This document shows, in pieces, positions 24,035 through 36,326 of a DNA stretch of 64,000 bases. The translations under genes were made by a program, and so were the position numbers. The notes under the pieces are model-generated. The model did no database searches. It saw only the letters and a list, made by a program, of their open reading frames with translations, and was not told the DNA's origin. The stretch's first letter is position 1. Each line of letters begins with the position of its first letter. Origin of the DNA: Macrostomum lignano (taxonomy: Eukaryota); the NCBI GenBank assembly GCA_002269645.1, contig NIVC01001626.1, positions 186,001 to 250,000 on the forward strand. Reading direction: 5' to 3'.

Positions 24035-24340
24035 CTCTACTTTTCCCTCTACCACTCCACTTTTCCCTCTAGCACTCTACGTTTTTCTCTACCCGCTCTA
24101 CTTTTCCTTCTAGCGCTCTACGTTTTTCTCTACCCGCTCTACTTTTCCCTTTACCGCTCTACTTTTCCCTCTACCGCTCTACTCCTACCTCTAACGCTCT
24201 ACTTTTCTTTCTAGCACTCTACTCTTTTCTCTACCCGCTCTACTTTTCTCTCCACCGCTCTGCTTTTCTTTCTAGCACTCTACTTTTCTCTCTACCGCTC
24301 TACTCTTCTCTCAATAGCGCTACTCTTCCCTCTACCGCTG
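24035..24340. repeat. Degenerate CT-rich ~20-bp tandem repeat
   Basis: CTCTACTTTTCCCTCTACCG-like units. Confidence 0.8.
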
Positions 24341-24912
24341 GACTTTCCTATCAACCAAATGATTATTTGATCCAACGATTCGCCTGATGTCACATCACTA
24401 TAGGTAAACTTCAATATAGGAGTTCTGCGGAAGCGCTAATCTGGGCCTTTGCCATATCAAGGACTTGATATTTAATAAATGATTTGTCCGCCCACTCACC
24501 AAACTCTAAATTGACAAGATTGGCAATTGATATTTATCATCTGGAATTTTCTAATGCTTTAAAGTTTTTTTCTGAACTCATGGACACAATTCTTCACTAT
24601 CTGTTGCCTATTTTCAAGTCACTGATTAAACTTCAAAGCTTAAAAAGTTTCTGGCCATTTCTGTGTCTACCACCGCCTGTCCTCTGAAGTCCGGGCCGCT
24701 CTGAATGATAAACAACACCCACAGAAGCGAAATGGCTGCTGCTACTGTTGCTACTAGGGGCAGAAAATATCTGTGCCGCTGAAAGAGCGAGTTGGCTCAT
24801 CTGCTGCTGAGATGCAAAGCAGAGGCTGGCAGCGAACTGCAACTGCGTAATTCACAACATCATAATGCTGCATAGCGCTTGCCAAACTCTCTTAGTAACT
24901 GAATATAACTGC

Positions 24913-25437
<525 letters not shown>

Positions 25438-25799
25438 GATACAAGGACACACAGACAGGCATAATGAGATGCAGACAGGCAGGAATCAAAAGCTGCAGAG
25501 CCTATCAAGCTAATTAGATTTGTCTTTTCACTCAGCGCCAGCGCCACTTCCTGATGCTAATGAGAGCAAAAGGCTCTGGCACTCTGATGCCGCTGTCATT
25601 AGAAATGCATCATCCAAGCACGCGGTGACTACGCGAAAATTTTAATCAACTGCTAATTGGTGTGACGCAGGACAACTGATGCATTGCCTGTTGCATTAAG
25701 CATACTTAGCTCGGATATGCGCTGTTCTATCTGAGAGGGCGTCGCTTTTACAAACTAGAAATGCCCGTTATTTTCACAAGCTCAAATTTATGACAGCTA

Positions 25800-28705
25800 G
25801 TAGAGTGAGTGTCAGACTGTCAGGATCGCTAGAGTGGGTGTCAGACTGTCAGGATCGCTAGAGTGGGTGTCAGACTGTCAGGATCGCTAGAGTGGGTGTC
25901 AGACTGTCAGGATCGCTAGAGTGGGTGTCAGACTGTCAGGATCGCTGGAGTGGGTGTCAGACTGTCAGGATCGCTAGAGTGAGTGTCAGACTGTCAGGAT
26001 CGCTGGAGTGGGTGTCAGACTGTCAAGATCGCTAGAGTGGGTGTCAGACTGTCAAGATCGCTAGAGTGGGTGTCAGACTGTCAGGATCGCTAGAGTGGGT
26101 GTCAGACTGTCAGGATCGCTAGAGTGGGTGTCAGACTGTCAAGATCGCTAGAGTGGGTGTCAGACTGTCAAGATCGCTAGAGTGGGTGTCAGACTGTCAA
26201 GATCGCTAGAGTGGGTGTCAGACTGTCAAGGATCGCTAGAGTGGGTGTCAGACTGTCAGGATCGCTAGAGTGGGTGTCAGACTGTCAGGATCGCTAGAGT
26301 GGGTGTCAGACTGTCAAGATCGCTAGAGTGGGTGTCAGACTGTCAAGATCGCTAGAGTGGGTGTCAGACTGTCAAGGATCGCTAGAGTGGGTGTCAGACT
26401 GTCAAGATCGCTAGAGTGGGTGTCAGACTGTCAAGATCGCTAGAGTGGGTGTCAGACTGTCAAGATCGCTAGAGTGGGTGTCAGACTGTCAGGCCTGCTA
26501 GAGTGGGTGTCAGACTGTCAGGATCGCTAGAGTGGGTGTCAGACTGTCAGGATCGCTAGAGTGGGTGTCAGACTGTCAGGATCGCTAGAGTGGGTGTCAG
26601 ACTGTCAGGATCGCTAGAGTGGGTGTCAGACTGTCAGGCCTGCTAGAGTGGGTGTCAGACTGTCAGGATCGCTAGAGTGGGTGTCAGACTGTCAGGATCG
26701 CTAGAGTGGGTGTCAGACTGTCAGGATCGCTAGAGTGGGTGTCAGACTGTCAGGCCTGCTAGAGTGGGTGTCAGACTGTCAGGCCTGCTAGAGTGGGTGT
26801 CAGACTGTCAGGATCGCTAGAGTGGGTGTCAGACTGTCAGGCTTGCTAGAGTGGGTGTCAGACTGTCAGGCTTGCTAGAGTGGGTGTCAGACTGTCAGGA
26901 TCGCTAGAGTGGGTGTCAGACTGTCAGGATTGCTAGAGTGGGTGTCAGACTGTCAGGGGACCAATAGAGTGGGTGTCAGACTGTCAGGATCGCTAGAGTG
27001 GGTGTCAGACTGTCAATGATCGCTAGAGTGGGTGTCAGACTGACAGGATCGCTAGAGTGGGTGTCAGACTGTCAGGATCGCTAGAGTGGGTGTCAGACTG
27101 TCAAGGATCGCTAGAGTGGGTGTCAGACTGTCAAGGATCGCTAGAGTGGGTGTCAGACTGTCAAGGATCGCTAGAGTGGGTGTCAGACTGTCAGGATCGC
27201 TAGATGAGTGTCAGACTGTCAGGATCGCTATAGTGGGTGTCAGACTGTCAGGGGACCAATAGAGTGGGTGTCAGACTGTCAGGATCGCTAGAGTGGGTGT
27301 CAGACTGTCAGGATCGCTAGAGTGGGTGTCAGACTGTCAGGATCGCTAGAGTGGGTGTCAGATTGTCAGACTTGCTACATGGGGTGTCAGACTGTCAGGA
27401 CCGCTCTTGGTGTAGAAAGCACACGGTATACTTTGCCTGTTTCTGGTCTCCAATAGCAGATTAATTTCAGTTCGTTTTGAAGCGACATTGGGGATGAATT
27501 CCAGCAAATCCCGTATAAAACTTCCGGGATAAAGCAGCACGAAAAAAGTTTAAGTGCAAGATATTATAGCCATCCTGTTGCTAGGGGGTCTACGAGAAGT
27601 TCTGAACCCGGACGAACTGCACTTGGGATTTGCCAGCCTGCGCCCCCTCCCCCCAGTCTAAGAAGACGAGGTCTTTCTGATTGTACAGCTTACCAACAAA
27701 CTATTCGCTGCTTTATCAAGGATGCAGAAAAACTGAAAAATGTCAGCAGTTCGGTACATCCTACCTTGTCTCGTGGAATTAAAGCTTTTAGTTGTAGAGG
27801 TCTGTCTAAGTGAGTGACTGCATGTTCTCGATCTTCGCTTGCTACACTGGTTAGCATTAGAGCTGACGGGTTTCAGACTGTCAGGATCGCTAGAGTGGGT
27901 GTCAGACTGTCAGGATCGCTAGAGTGGTTGTCAGACTGTCAGGCTTGCTTGGGGGTCAGACTGTCAGGATCGCTAGAGTGGTTGTCAGACTGTCAGGCTT
28001 GCTTGGGGGTCAGACTGTCAGGATCGCTAGAGTGGTTGTCAGACTGTCAGGATCGCTAGAGTGGTTGTCAGACTGTCAGGCTTGCTTGGGTGTCAGACTG
28101 TCAGGATCGCTAGAGTGGTTGTCAGACTGTCAGGCTTGCTTGGGGGTCAGACTGTCAGGATCGCTAGAGTGGTTGTCAGACTGTCAGGCTTGCTTGGGGG
28201 TCAGACTGTCAGGATCGCTAGAGTGGTTGTCAGACTGTCAGGCTTGCTTGGGTGTCAGACTGTCAGGATCGCTAGAGTGGGTGTCAGACTGTCAGGCTTG
28301 CTTGGGTGTCAGACTGTCAGGATCGCTAGAGTGGGTGTCAGACTGTCAGGCTTGCTTGGGTGTCAGACTGTCAGGATCGCTAGAGTGGGTGTCAGACTGT
28401 CAGGATCGCTAGAGTGAGTGTCAGACTGTCAGGATCGCTAGATGAGTGTCAGACTGTCAGGATCGCTAGAGTGGGTGTCAGACTGTCAGGATCGCTAGAG
28501 TGGATGTCAGACTGTCAGGATCGCTAGAGTGGGTGTCAGACTGTCAGGATCGCTAGAGTGATTGTCAGACTGTCAGGATCGCTAGATGAGTGTCAGACTG
28601 TCAGGATCGCTAGAGTGGGTGTCAGACGGTCAGGATCGCTTGCTTGGGTGTCAGACGGTCAGGATCGCTAGAGTGGGTGTCAGACTGTCAGGATCGCTAG
28701 AGTTT
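25800..28705. repeat. 29-bp minisatellite in two blocks (25800-27385, 27870-28705) separated by ~480 bp of unique sequence
   Basis: Unit CTAGAGTGGGTGTCAGACTGTCAGGATCG; the second block alternates with a GCTTGCTTGGG variant. Confidence 0.95.
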
Positions 28706-28816
28706 CTAAAATTCTAGAGTGACGGTCAGAACAGTGCCACGACAACGCTTTTCCAGGAAACGCTATGAACACAATTTACCAGCACAAGGAAAGCTCGGGA
28801 GCGCAACAACCCTGAA

Positions 28817-29406
28817 TAGGGAATACAATCCCGGGATTTTGGTTAGGCCTAAATCCCGGGATCACAATTTTCCGGTATTCGAAAATCCCGGGATTGACCA
28901 TCGGGATCCTGATCCTGCTTTGCAATGATCTCGAGTATCTGCAGCTGAGATACTTGTCAGGTGAAAATCATAACTCAGTTGTCCTACCTTGATTTCTTAA
29001 TCGTTTTAAGCATGCAGGCTAGCGAGTAGAAGGCTATAGGGCTGCAGGGACACGAAACAGAAGCTGTTAGCAGGTCGTAAGGGTATTTAAGGTGTACTAA
29101 TGTAGAACTACTTTAAGCAGTCCCTACCTTCAAAACTCCTTGGCCGTAGTTGGGATTAGAACAGTGGGGACCTTGCTATCGGACCACAACCCAAGCTACC
29201 AGTTCTCCATCTAGGGCGGGTGCCCCTGGGAGGGTGAGGTCTGATCCCCTTCTGCCCTGGTATCAGTGCCTCGGGCCATAGCTCTGTAAGCTATCATTCC
29301 CCAGGTTACATCACAATCAAGTGTGATTTTCCTGAGCTGTTACAGCACCTTTACAGAAATCCCGACAATCCCGAGATTGGCAAAACTCGGGATTTTGTAT
29401 TCCCTA
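28817..29406. mobile_element. hAT-type MITE, 590 bp
   Basis: TIRs TAGGGAATACAA / TTGTATTCCCTA, subterminal ATCCCGGGAT motifs, perfect 8-bp TSD ACCCTGAA (28809-28816 and 29407-29414). Confidence 0.8.
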
Positions 29407-30111
29407 ACCCTGAACATTTCAGTGGTTTGCCATGATGCCATGCCATTGCCATCGGTTTGTCACAACCCACCAATATTTTCAGACAGTTTCATTTTATTAA
29501 TTGGACCAGTGCCCAATCCGAGTCAAATGTACAGTGCGCACGGAATGCACACTCCTTGTACACTCAGTCACTCTGTGCGCTTGAGGCCTCAGCTGAGGAG
29601 TGGGGCTGGGGGGGGGGTGCTTGCGATAAGTCAGCTCGCAGTCAATTGGGTGACGGGGCACAGCGGATGGGGTCTGCATTTGAAAGGCTGCAGTCGCCCG
29701 GCCCCATTTTACTGATAAGCGAATGGAGGCCTGATATGGCATAAAGCGTTGTAGCGATCTCGCAGTGCTTTATATAGCCTGGCTGGCAAACTGCGTGGGC
29801 CGCACGAGTAGAGAAAAACGCAACAAACAGGTAAACCGACCAAGCTGCCAAGAGAAGCCTTCGATTTGGCAGCTCACCTGCAATCAACTACGCTTTAGTA
29901 TTGTTTGTTTGTTAAAAACCTTCGCAAAAGACTGCCTTATTGGGGCATTTCCCGCAACTGCGCGAGCCTGATAAGATAAAGGCCGATTCAATTCACTTTC
30001 AAAAAAGACAGGCTCAGCGAGCGGAAAGGCGAGGCAAAACGAGTAATTAACAGCTGAAAAATACTGCAGAATTTCCTGGCAGCCTGCGCGAAACAGTTGA
30101 CGCTGGGAAAC

Positions 30112-33100
30112 ATGACTATAAGGCTCCGGCTGCTCACTCTGCAGCTGCTGCTGCTGGCCGCATCAGCTTCAGCCAGCCAGCCGCTGGGCTCCAGCAGCCG
30201 CCTGTGCAAGACGGTCTACATCTCAAGTCGCGAGTACCGCACCCACAGGAACATCAGCCGGCTGCATGCTGAGCTCCAGGCCAGCGTGGACGGCTGCCAG
30301 TACGTTCACGGCGACGTAATCATCCAGAACATCGGCGCCGACTCCGTCACTGAGGAGCCGATTGACGAGGCCATCCGCGGCCTCCAAACCGACTTCCTGG
30401 ACTCCATCATCGAGATCAGCGGCCGATTGGTGATCAAACGGATTAACCTGGAGCGCATCAGCTTGCGCAACTTGCGCGCCATCCGCGGCTACAACCTGGA
30501 GAACACCAGCCCCTTCTTCGCACTGGAAGTTTTCCAATCGAAGTACCCGGTCAAGCTAGAGCTGCCGCAGCTGAGCGCCATCCTGCAAGGCGACGTCCGC
30601 ATCATCGGCAACCTGCACGCCGACCTTTACTGCTACCTGTCCCGCCGGATTAATTGGCCCAGCCTCTTCCAGAGCCACTCGAGCCGAACGCCGCAGCAGT
30701 TCAACGACAACGTGGAGATCATGACACTGGGCGACCAGCAGATCAACGTCAGCGACTACGCCGCAACCGAGAAGGTCTGCACGTCGCTTCCAGCGTGCAA
30801 CTCCAGCTGCCACACGGAGAAGTCCGGGCGGCAGCTCTGCTGGTCCGACAGTCCCGGGGGCTGCCAGAGCTTCCACGGGTGTCTCGTGCGCCCATGTCGG
30901 AACTGCTTCCGCCATCCGTACACAGGCAACGAGGAGTGCTGCGAAAGCGACTGTCTTGGCGGTTGCTCGAACAAATCGGACGGCTGCTTTTCCTGCCGCG
31001 ATGTCAGCCTGGACGGCGTCTGCAAAGGCAACTGCCCGATGAAGACCGATCTGAACCCCGGCACCAACAAGATCGAGACGCGGAACTCCAGTACAACTAT
31101 GAAGCGAGTGGGCAACATCTGCGTGAAACAGTGCGAAATGCCCTTCGTCACCAGCTCCAACGACAAGTACTGCGTGAGCGAGTGCCCTCTGACCGAGATT
31201 CCCGTCAATGGCATCTGTACGCGCTGCGCGGCCAAGCACCAGTCTGCCTGCGAGACGTGCACCGTCGACACGCTAATCATGAGCGACAAAGTGGCGCAGG
31301 CTTTGAAGAACGGCAACTGCACGATTTGGCGGACCGACTCGTCGCTGGATATCAACTCGGAGAAGCTCAACAGCAGTGCCAGCCTCGAGACGCTGGAGTT
31401 TCTGCGAATTTTCTATGGCCGACTGTTCATCAAGCGGACGGATCGGCTGGTGGACAATCTGCGGTTCCTTCGCAATCTTAAATTTGTTTCGAACAACTTT
31501 GGCATCATGATGCTGCACACGCGGTACCTGGGCCTCGCCAGCCTGCGATACGCCAAAGCTCTCTGGCTCATCAAGATCAGCGGGCTCTGCGAAGCTTGGT
31601 ACCCTAGCAGAACAATTCGACAGATTACAGAGGTCACGAAAGAATTTACCATAGGCACCCGTGAAATCAGCTTCGACAACACGAGCGAGGTGTGCAGGAA
31701 CGCCGTCTGTGACCCCCAGTGCCGCGACGAGTGCTGGGGACCCGGACCCGACATGTGCGTAGCCTGCCGGAACTTCGAGGTGGACGGCCGCTGCTACGCC
31801 ACGTGCCAGGAGGCCGGTCGGTACAATCTGAGCGGAGAATGTCAGGAGTGCCACAGCGAGTGCGAGGGCGGCTGCAGCGGTCCGAGCGCCTCCGAGTGCG
31901 AGCGCTGCAGCAACCTGGAGGAGGACGGCAAGTGCGTGGCCGCCTGCAGCAGCCGCGAGATGCGCGCCGACTCGAAGGGCCGCTGCTACTCGGTGGCGTC
32001 TGCGAGACTCCTCACCGTCGGCATTGGCGTCGGGCTGCTCATTCTGGTGCTGCTGGTGCTGCTGCCGGTGGCCTACGTGCACTACCGGAGGCGCATGCGA
32101 AAGTACGAAATCGTCGACTTGGACGAGTACCTGACGGACCCGAGCAACCCGAACGCCATGGCGAAGCTGCTGATTGTGAATGACGACGATGTGATGAAGC
32201 AGAAGGAGATTGGCAGTGGCGCGTTCGGCACGGTGTACAAGGGCATCCTGCGGTCGAGCACGAACAAGGGAGTGCGCGAGCTGCCCGTCGCGATCAAGGT
32301 GCTGCGCGGCCACAGTCCGAAGCTGGGCCAAGAGCTGCTGAACGAAGCGAGCATGCTGGCCAGAGTGCAGCATCCATGCTGCATCCGACTGGTGGCTCTG
32401 TGCCTGACCCAGGAGCCGCAGCTGATCACGGCGCTGATGCCTCGGGGCTGTCTGCTGGAGTTCCTGCGAGCGCACCGCAACCAGATCGGTGCGGAGCGAA
32501 TGCTGCGCTGGGGTCTACAAGTGGCAGAGGGCATGGAGTACCTGGAGTCTCTGGGCATTGTACACCGCGACCTGGCTGCCCGCAACGTGCTGCTGCAGAC
32601 TCCGGACCAGGTGAGGATCACGGACTTCGGGCTGGCCCGTCTGCTGGACATGTCGGAGGGCGAGTTCATCCAGACGGCCGGCCTGCTGCCGGTGAAGTGG
32701 CTCGGCGTGGAGTGCTTTGAGTCCGGACTGTTCAGCCACAAGTCGGACGTGTGGAGCTACGGCGTGCTGCTGTGGGAGATCTGCACGTTCGGCGAGTCGC
32801 CCTACAACCCGTACGGGATCCGCTCGGTGGAGGACATCACCGGCCTGCTGAAGAAGGGCATCCGACTGAACCAGCCCGACATCTGCAGCATCGACTTCTA
32901 CAACATCCTGCTGAGCTGCTGGCTGCCGCATCCGGAGTCTCGGCCGAGCTTCCGCGACATGGTCGGCACCATGAATGACTGCCTCGCCTGCCCGTCCAAG
33001 TACATCGCACAGCGGTACAGCACCATGGACCCGAACCTGTTCGACACCGATGATGCTGTCGGGTTTGTGACCGAAGTGTCAAAGCCGGCTGCACCGCAGC

Positions 33101-33384
33101 CCTTGCAGAAAAGCCCGGACAAGCACGGCGTGGAGCTGAACTCGTACATCTCCGACCCGACCTCCTGCTCGGCATCGAAGCTGCGTAACTCGCCGGCACG
33201 GGCGCTGCAAGCCCAGGCCAGCAACACCAGCGAGAGCGCCGGCCTGCTGAGCGGCCAGATGAGCGTGCCCGACGCAAACGACGACTACCTGACACCGACG
33301 TCGCCGGGAGATAACAACGGAGACGTGCACGACGGTGGCGGAGCAGGCGGCCTGGACGACTACCTGACGCCGAGGAAGGCGTGA
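30112..33384 (+). CDS. EGFR: EGFR/ErbB-family receptor tyrosine kinase, copy B, single exon, 1090 aa from ATG 30112
   Basis: Same L1-CR1-L2-CR2-TM-kinase architecture (DGCQYVHGDV, LRNLRAIRG, HRDLAARN, DFG); C-tail carries two DDYLTP motifs. Confidence 0.95.
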   Translation: MTIRLRLLTLQLLLLAASASASQPLGSSSRLCKTVYISSREYRTHRNISRLHAELQASVDGCQYVHGDVIIQNIGADSVTEEPIDEAIRGLQTDFLDSIIEISGRLVIKRINLERISLRNLRAIRGYNLENTSPFFALEVFQSKYPVKLELPQLSAILQGDVRIIGNLHADLYCYLSRRINWPSLFQSHSSRTPQQFNDNVEIMTLGDQQINVSDYAATEKVCTSLPACNSSCHTEKSGRQLCWSDSPGGCQSFHGCLVRPCRNCFRHPYTGNEECCESDCLGGCSNKSDGCFSCRDVSLDGVCKGNCPMKTDLNPGTNKIETRNSSTTMKRVGNICVKQCEMPFVTSSNDKYCVSECPLTEIPVNGICTRCAAKHQSACETCTVDTLIMSDKVAQALKNGNCTIWRTDSSLDINSEKLNSSASLETLEFLRIFYGRLFIKRTDRLVDNLRFLRNLKFVSNNFGIMMLHTRYLGLASLRYAKALWLIKISGLCEAWYPSRTIRQITEVTKEFTIGTREISFDNTSEVCRNAVCDPQCRDECWGPGPDMCVACRNFEVDGRCYATCQEAGRYNLSGECQECHSECEGGCSGPSASECERCSNLEEDGKCVAACSSREMRADSKGRCYSVASARLLTVGIGVGLLILVLLVLLPVAYVHYRRRMRKYEIVDLDEYLTDPSNPNAMAKLLIVNDDDVMKQKEIGSGAFGTVYKGILRSSTNKGVRELPVAIKVLRGHSPKLGQELLNEASMLARVQHPCCIRLVALCLTQEPQLITALMPRGCLLEFLRAHRNQIGAERMLRWGLQVAEGMEYLESLGIVHRDLAARNVLLQTPDQVRITDFGLARLLDMSEGEFIQTAGLLPVKWLGVECFESGLFSHKSDVWSYGVLLWEICTFGESPYNPYGIRSVEDITGLLKKGIRLNQPDICSIDFYNILLSCWLPHPESRPSFRDMVGTMNDCLACPSKYIAQRYSTMDPNLFDTDDAVGFVTEVSKPAAPQPLQKSPDKHGVELNSYISDPTSCSASKLRNSPARALQAQASNTSESAGLLSGQMSVPDANDDYLTPTSPGDNNGDVHDGGGAGGLDDYLTPRKA

Positions 33385-34784
33385 GCTGCCGGCCTACCAC
33401 CCTTGCACCGGTTGACCTGGGAGAATTTTTATTTGTGGATTGAATTTTTATCCCTTTTGCACTCGCTCTACCATGTAATGTTTCAATTTCTCAATATATA
33501 ATAATGTAGGTATTACAAACTCTTATGAATCAGTAAGCTGATCAGTCTGGGCACTTGGGTCAATGGTGCTCAGCCTCTCCTAGCAGTGAGCAGCGGGAAC
33601 TCTGAACTCTGTAAAGGACGCCAATCAAATAAGAGAATCGCAGCCGACCTCAGTTGTTTGCAGACAAAATAGGTTTCTCGAGCTTCAGAATTGGCTGCCT
33701 TTTTTACCTGTACCTGGGCTTTTTGTGATTGCGATTGCGGCTCTTCGTGTAGCGCTTGGGTTGCTTGTGATAGCAATTTTTTAACTGTATTAGCTTGCAC
33801 AAACATATTTGTACCTGTCATGCAGAGCCCATTGCAAATTAATTGTACGTAACAGTTCACCAATAATTATCTATTTTTTGTTATCATTGAATATTAATTA
33901 TTAACAAGTTTGTTGTTGTAAAGACAAATATTTAAGCAACTAAAATGTGTATCATCTTCATGTCTGTATTTCATTCTCTGCTTTGCGTCTCGCTTGTAAT
34001 TGTAATCGAAAAGCTTTTGTTGATGTTGTTGATGCGCTGCATGTGTGACGCAATACATCTGGTAATGAGCCTTGTTCGTTTCCAGAGCAAGATGGATTGC
34101 TTAATGTCATTTCAGCAACTATTTTTAATGCTCTTTACAAACGTGTACCTCTGTGTTGTCGCTTCTCAATAATAAATCAGTTAATTGGAATTATGAATAT
34201 TTTGCTCGGATTTTGAATCCCCAATCCGTCAATGTGCTGCAAAATTTGATTGAATAAAAAACTGCTGGCATCACAGAAATTTTCTTTTTTCGCTTGGCTC
34301 GACCTGGTTGTTGGCGTCATCGCTGCAGTTTTCATAAATAAAAGCATCAACGGTCATTACAGGACAAGCAAATGCAAAGTTTTACACAGCACGTGACAAG
34401 CTGCAGTTTGGCTTGCATCATTTTTTTCTTTTTAAAGGAGATTCCATAGAAACGCATGGCTCACAGACCACCCGTGTGTTTGCACCGGTGTAAGGCCAGT
34501 GCAAATGGAAGTGTACGCTTGCACTTTTGCCCGATTATGACGCCACTACGCCAGCACGAATCCATTGGCAGTTGCGCTCTCTTACGCAGGTCCTAAACCA
34601 GCATGCAGGGGCGTCGCCACCGGGACATGGGGGACATGTCCCTCCCAGTAATAGCTATGGGGTGACATCTGCCCATGCTTTGTCCCCTCCCCCACCCAGC
34701 CTTGTGACTCGTTATGGAAGTCAATATTTTTGCTTCCTGGTGAAAAATATATAGCGCCTGTGGCACCAAAATGACTCCCTATTG

Positions 34785-35075
34785 ACTGCGACGCTAAAGT
34801 TAATGACAGTGGCGCTAAAATGAATGCCTGTGGCGCTAAAGTTAATGACTGCGGCGCTAAAGTTAATGACTGCGGCGCTAAAGTTAATGACTGCGGCGCT
34901 AAAGTTAATGACTGCGGCGCTAAAGTTAATGACTGCGGCGCTAAAGTTAATGACTGCGGCGTCAAAATGAGTGCCTGCGGCGCTAAAATAAATGATAGTG
35001 GCGCTAAAATGAGTGCCTGCGGCGCTAAAACGAATGCCTGCGGCGCTAAAATGAGTGCCTGCGGCGCCAAAGTGA
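34785..35075. repeat. 21-bp minisatellite
   Basis: Unit GGCGCTAAAGTTAATGACTGC. Confidence 0.9.
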
Positions 35076-35146
35076 GTGCTGACAGCACCGATTCTGAAAA
35101 GAATGTCCACATACATGCAGAATTATTCGCATTGTATCACGCTGGC

Positions 35147-35677
35147 GCGCGTTAGATGCACGATTTACTGTGCGTCTAATGTAGGTGTCTATGGCAATTT
35201 TCTATCTGAGTAAAAGCAACAAGCGTGCGTCTAACGCGTGCGTGTAATGCACGGAAAGTGAGTATATAGACATAATATTCGGTAGCCTTTGTCACACTTT
35301 TACTAGCAGCGGTGTCCTCGATTTCGGAAACGAGCTGTTCCAATTTAAGTAGTTCAGCTTCTTCGTCAGGTATCTTCTTGAAAAGTGCCTCCAGAAGATC
35401 CTCCTCTTCTCGATCAATTGCCGACTCCGGTAGATTATCAGGCTCGTTCAGAATGTCGTCAATCTCATTGGTGGACAAGCCGGAAATCATTTCGTTCGGA
35501 AATTTGCTCAGATTCAGAAGTCTGACTTTAGTTGGTGGCTCAGCCATATTCTCTCACAAGTGATTTTAATTTAACAGCTTCTTATTCCCTTCTTCGCAAC
35601 ACTCAATCAACTTGCGTGCCTTTCACGCATTTTTGTCTATGGTTAAGACAAATTAACTGAGCGTGCATCTAACGCGC
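35147..35677 (-). mobile_element. Possible truncated Crypton/DUF3504-like element fragment
   Basis: 16-bp inverted repeat (35147-35162 / 35662-35677) brackets an acidic ORF (35547-35176) ending in AASKSVTKATEYYV, which resembles the SxNTxKAT start of Crypton recombinases. Weak resemblance by eye. Confidence 0.3.
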
Positions 35678-36018
35678 CATCTAAAGTATTAAGCCAACGT
35701 AATACAATGCAATTCATACATCGATTTTGCGTGCTTAAATGGTCTATGCACGAGTAGGGGGGCACATTGAACCCCCCTCACCATAAAGTCCATGGTGACA
35801 CTCTTGCCAGCATGTACATGACGCATGCGTTAATGGTCAGTCAATACCGATTGATGATCAGCCTTGCATAATTAAGTACATGACGTGAATCATTTTCCTG
35901 AAAAACTACAGCGACAATGACGGCTCACAGTTTTTGCTCTTTGGTACCTTTTAAGTTATGTGTTAGTAGGTTTTTAGATTGTTTTTAAACGAATTCAAGG
36001 TGGTTGTATACTTAGTAA

Positions 36019-36326
36019 GGGAGTTTTAGCCTTGCGGTTAGAGCGTCGGACTCACGACTAAAAGATCGGGGGTTCGATTTTCGACCCAAATCGGAACAAT
36101 TTGTGTCCTTGAGCAAGACACTTAGCTCTCCATTGTTTCAGCTCATCCGCTGTAAAATGAGAGCCAGCATTATAGCTGGTGTACGTAATTGAGGGTGCGT
36201 GTGGCGAACCCCAGCCCTTGGACTGAACAGCCGTACGCAGCCTTCAGATGCGCTCCTCAACACAGCTGCGATTGAGCTGTCGGTTGCACAACTGTCCATA
36301 GGGCAGGTGTAATCAGTTATTATTAC
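36019..36326 (+). mobile_element. tRNA-derived SINE with CORE-like central domain
   Basis: A box (TAGCCTTGCGGTTAGAGCG), B box (GGTTCGATT), then TGTGTCCTTGAGCAAGACACTTAG...CTGTAAAATG resembling the MIR/CORE consensus, and a (TTA)n tail. Confidence 0.65.

Noticed and set aside
27390-27865. Unique block interrupting the 29-bp satellite as a transposon insertion
   Set aside because: No TIR, TSD or coding motif could be identified.
33570-34172. ORFs downstream of EGFR-B as a possible transposase fragment
   Set aside because: No convincing motif in any frame I translated; left unassigned.
36019-36095. tRNA gene
   Set aside because: It has A and B boxes but no closable acceptor stem, and it continues into a SINE body and tail.
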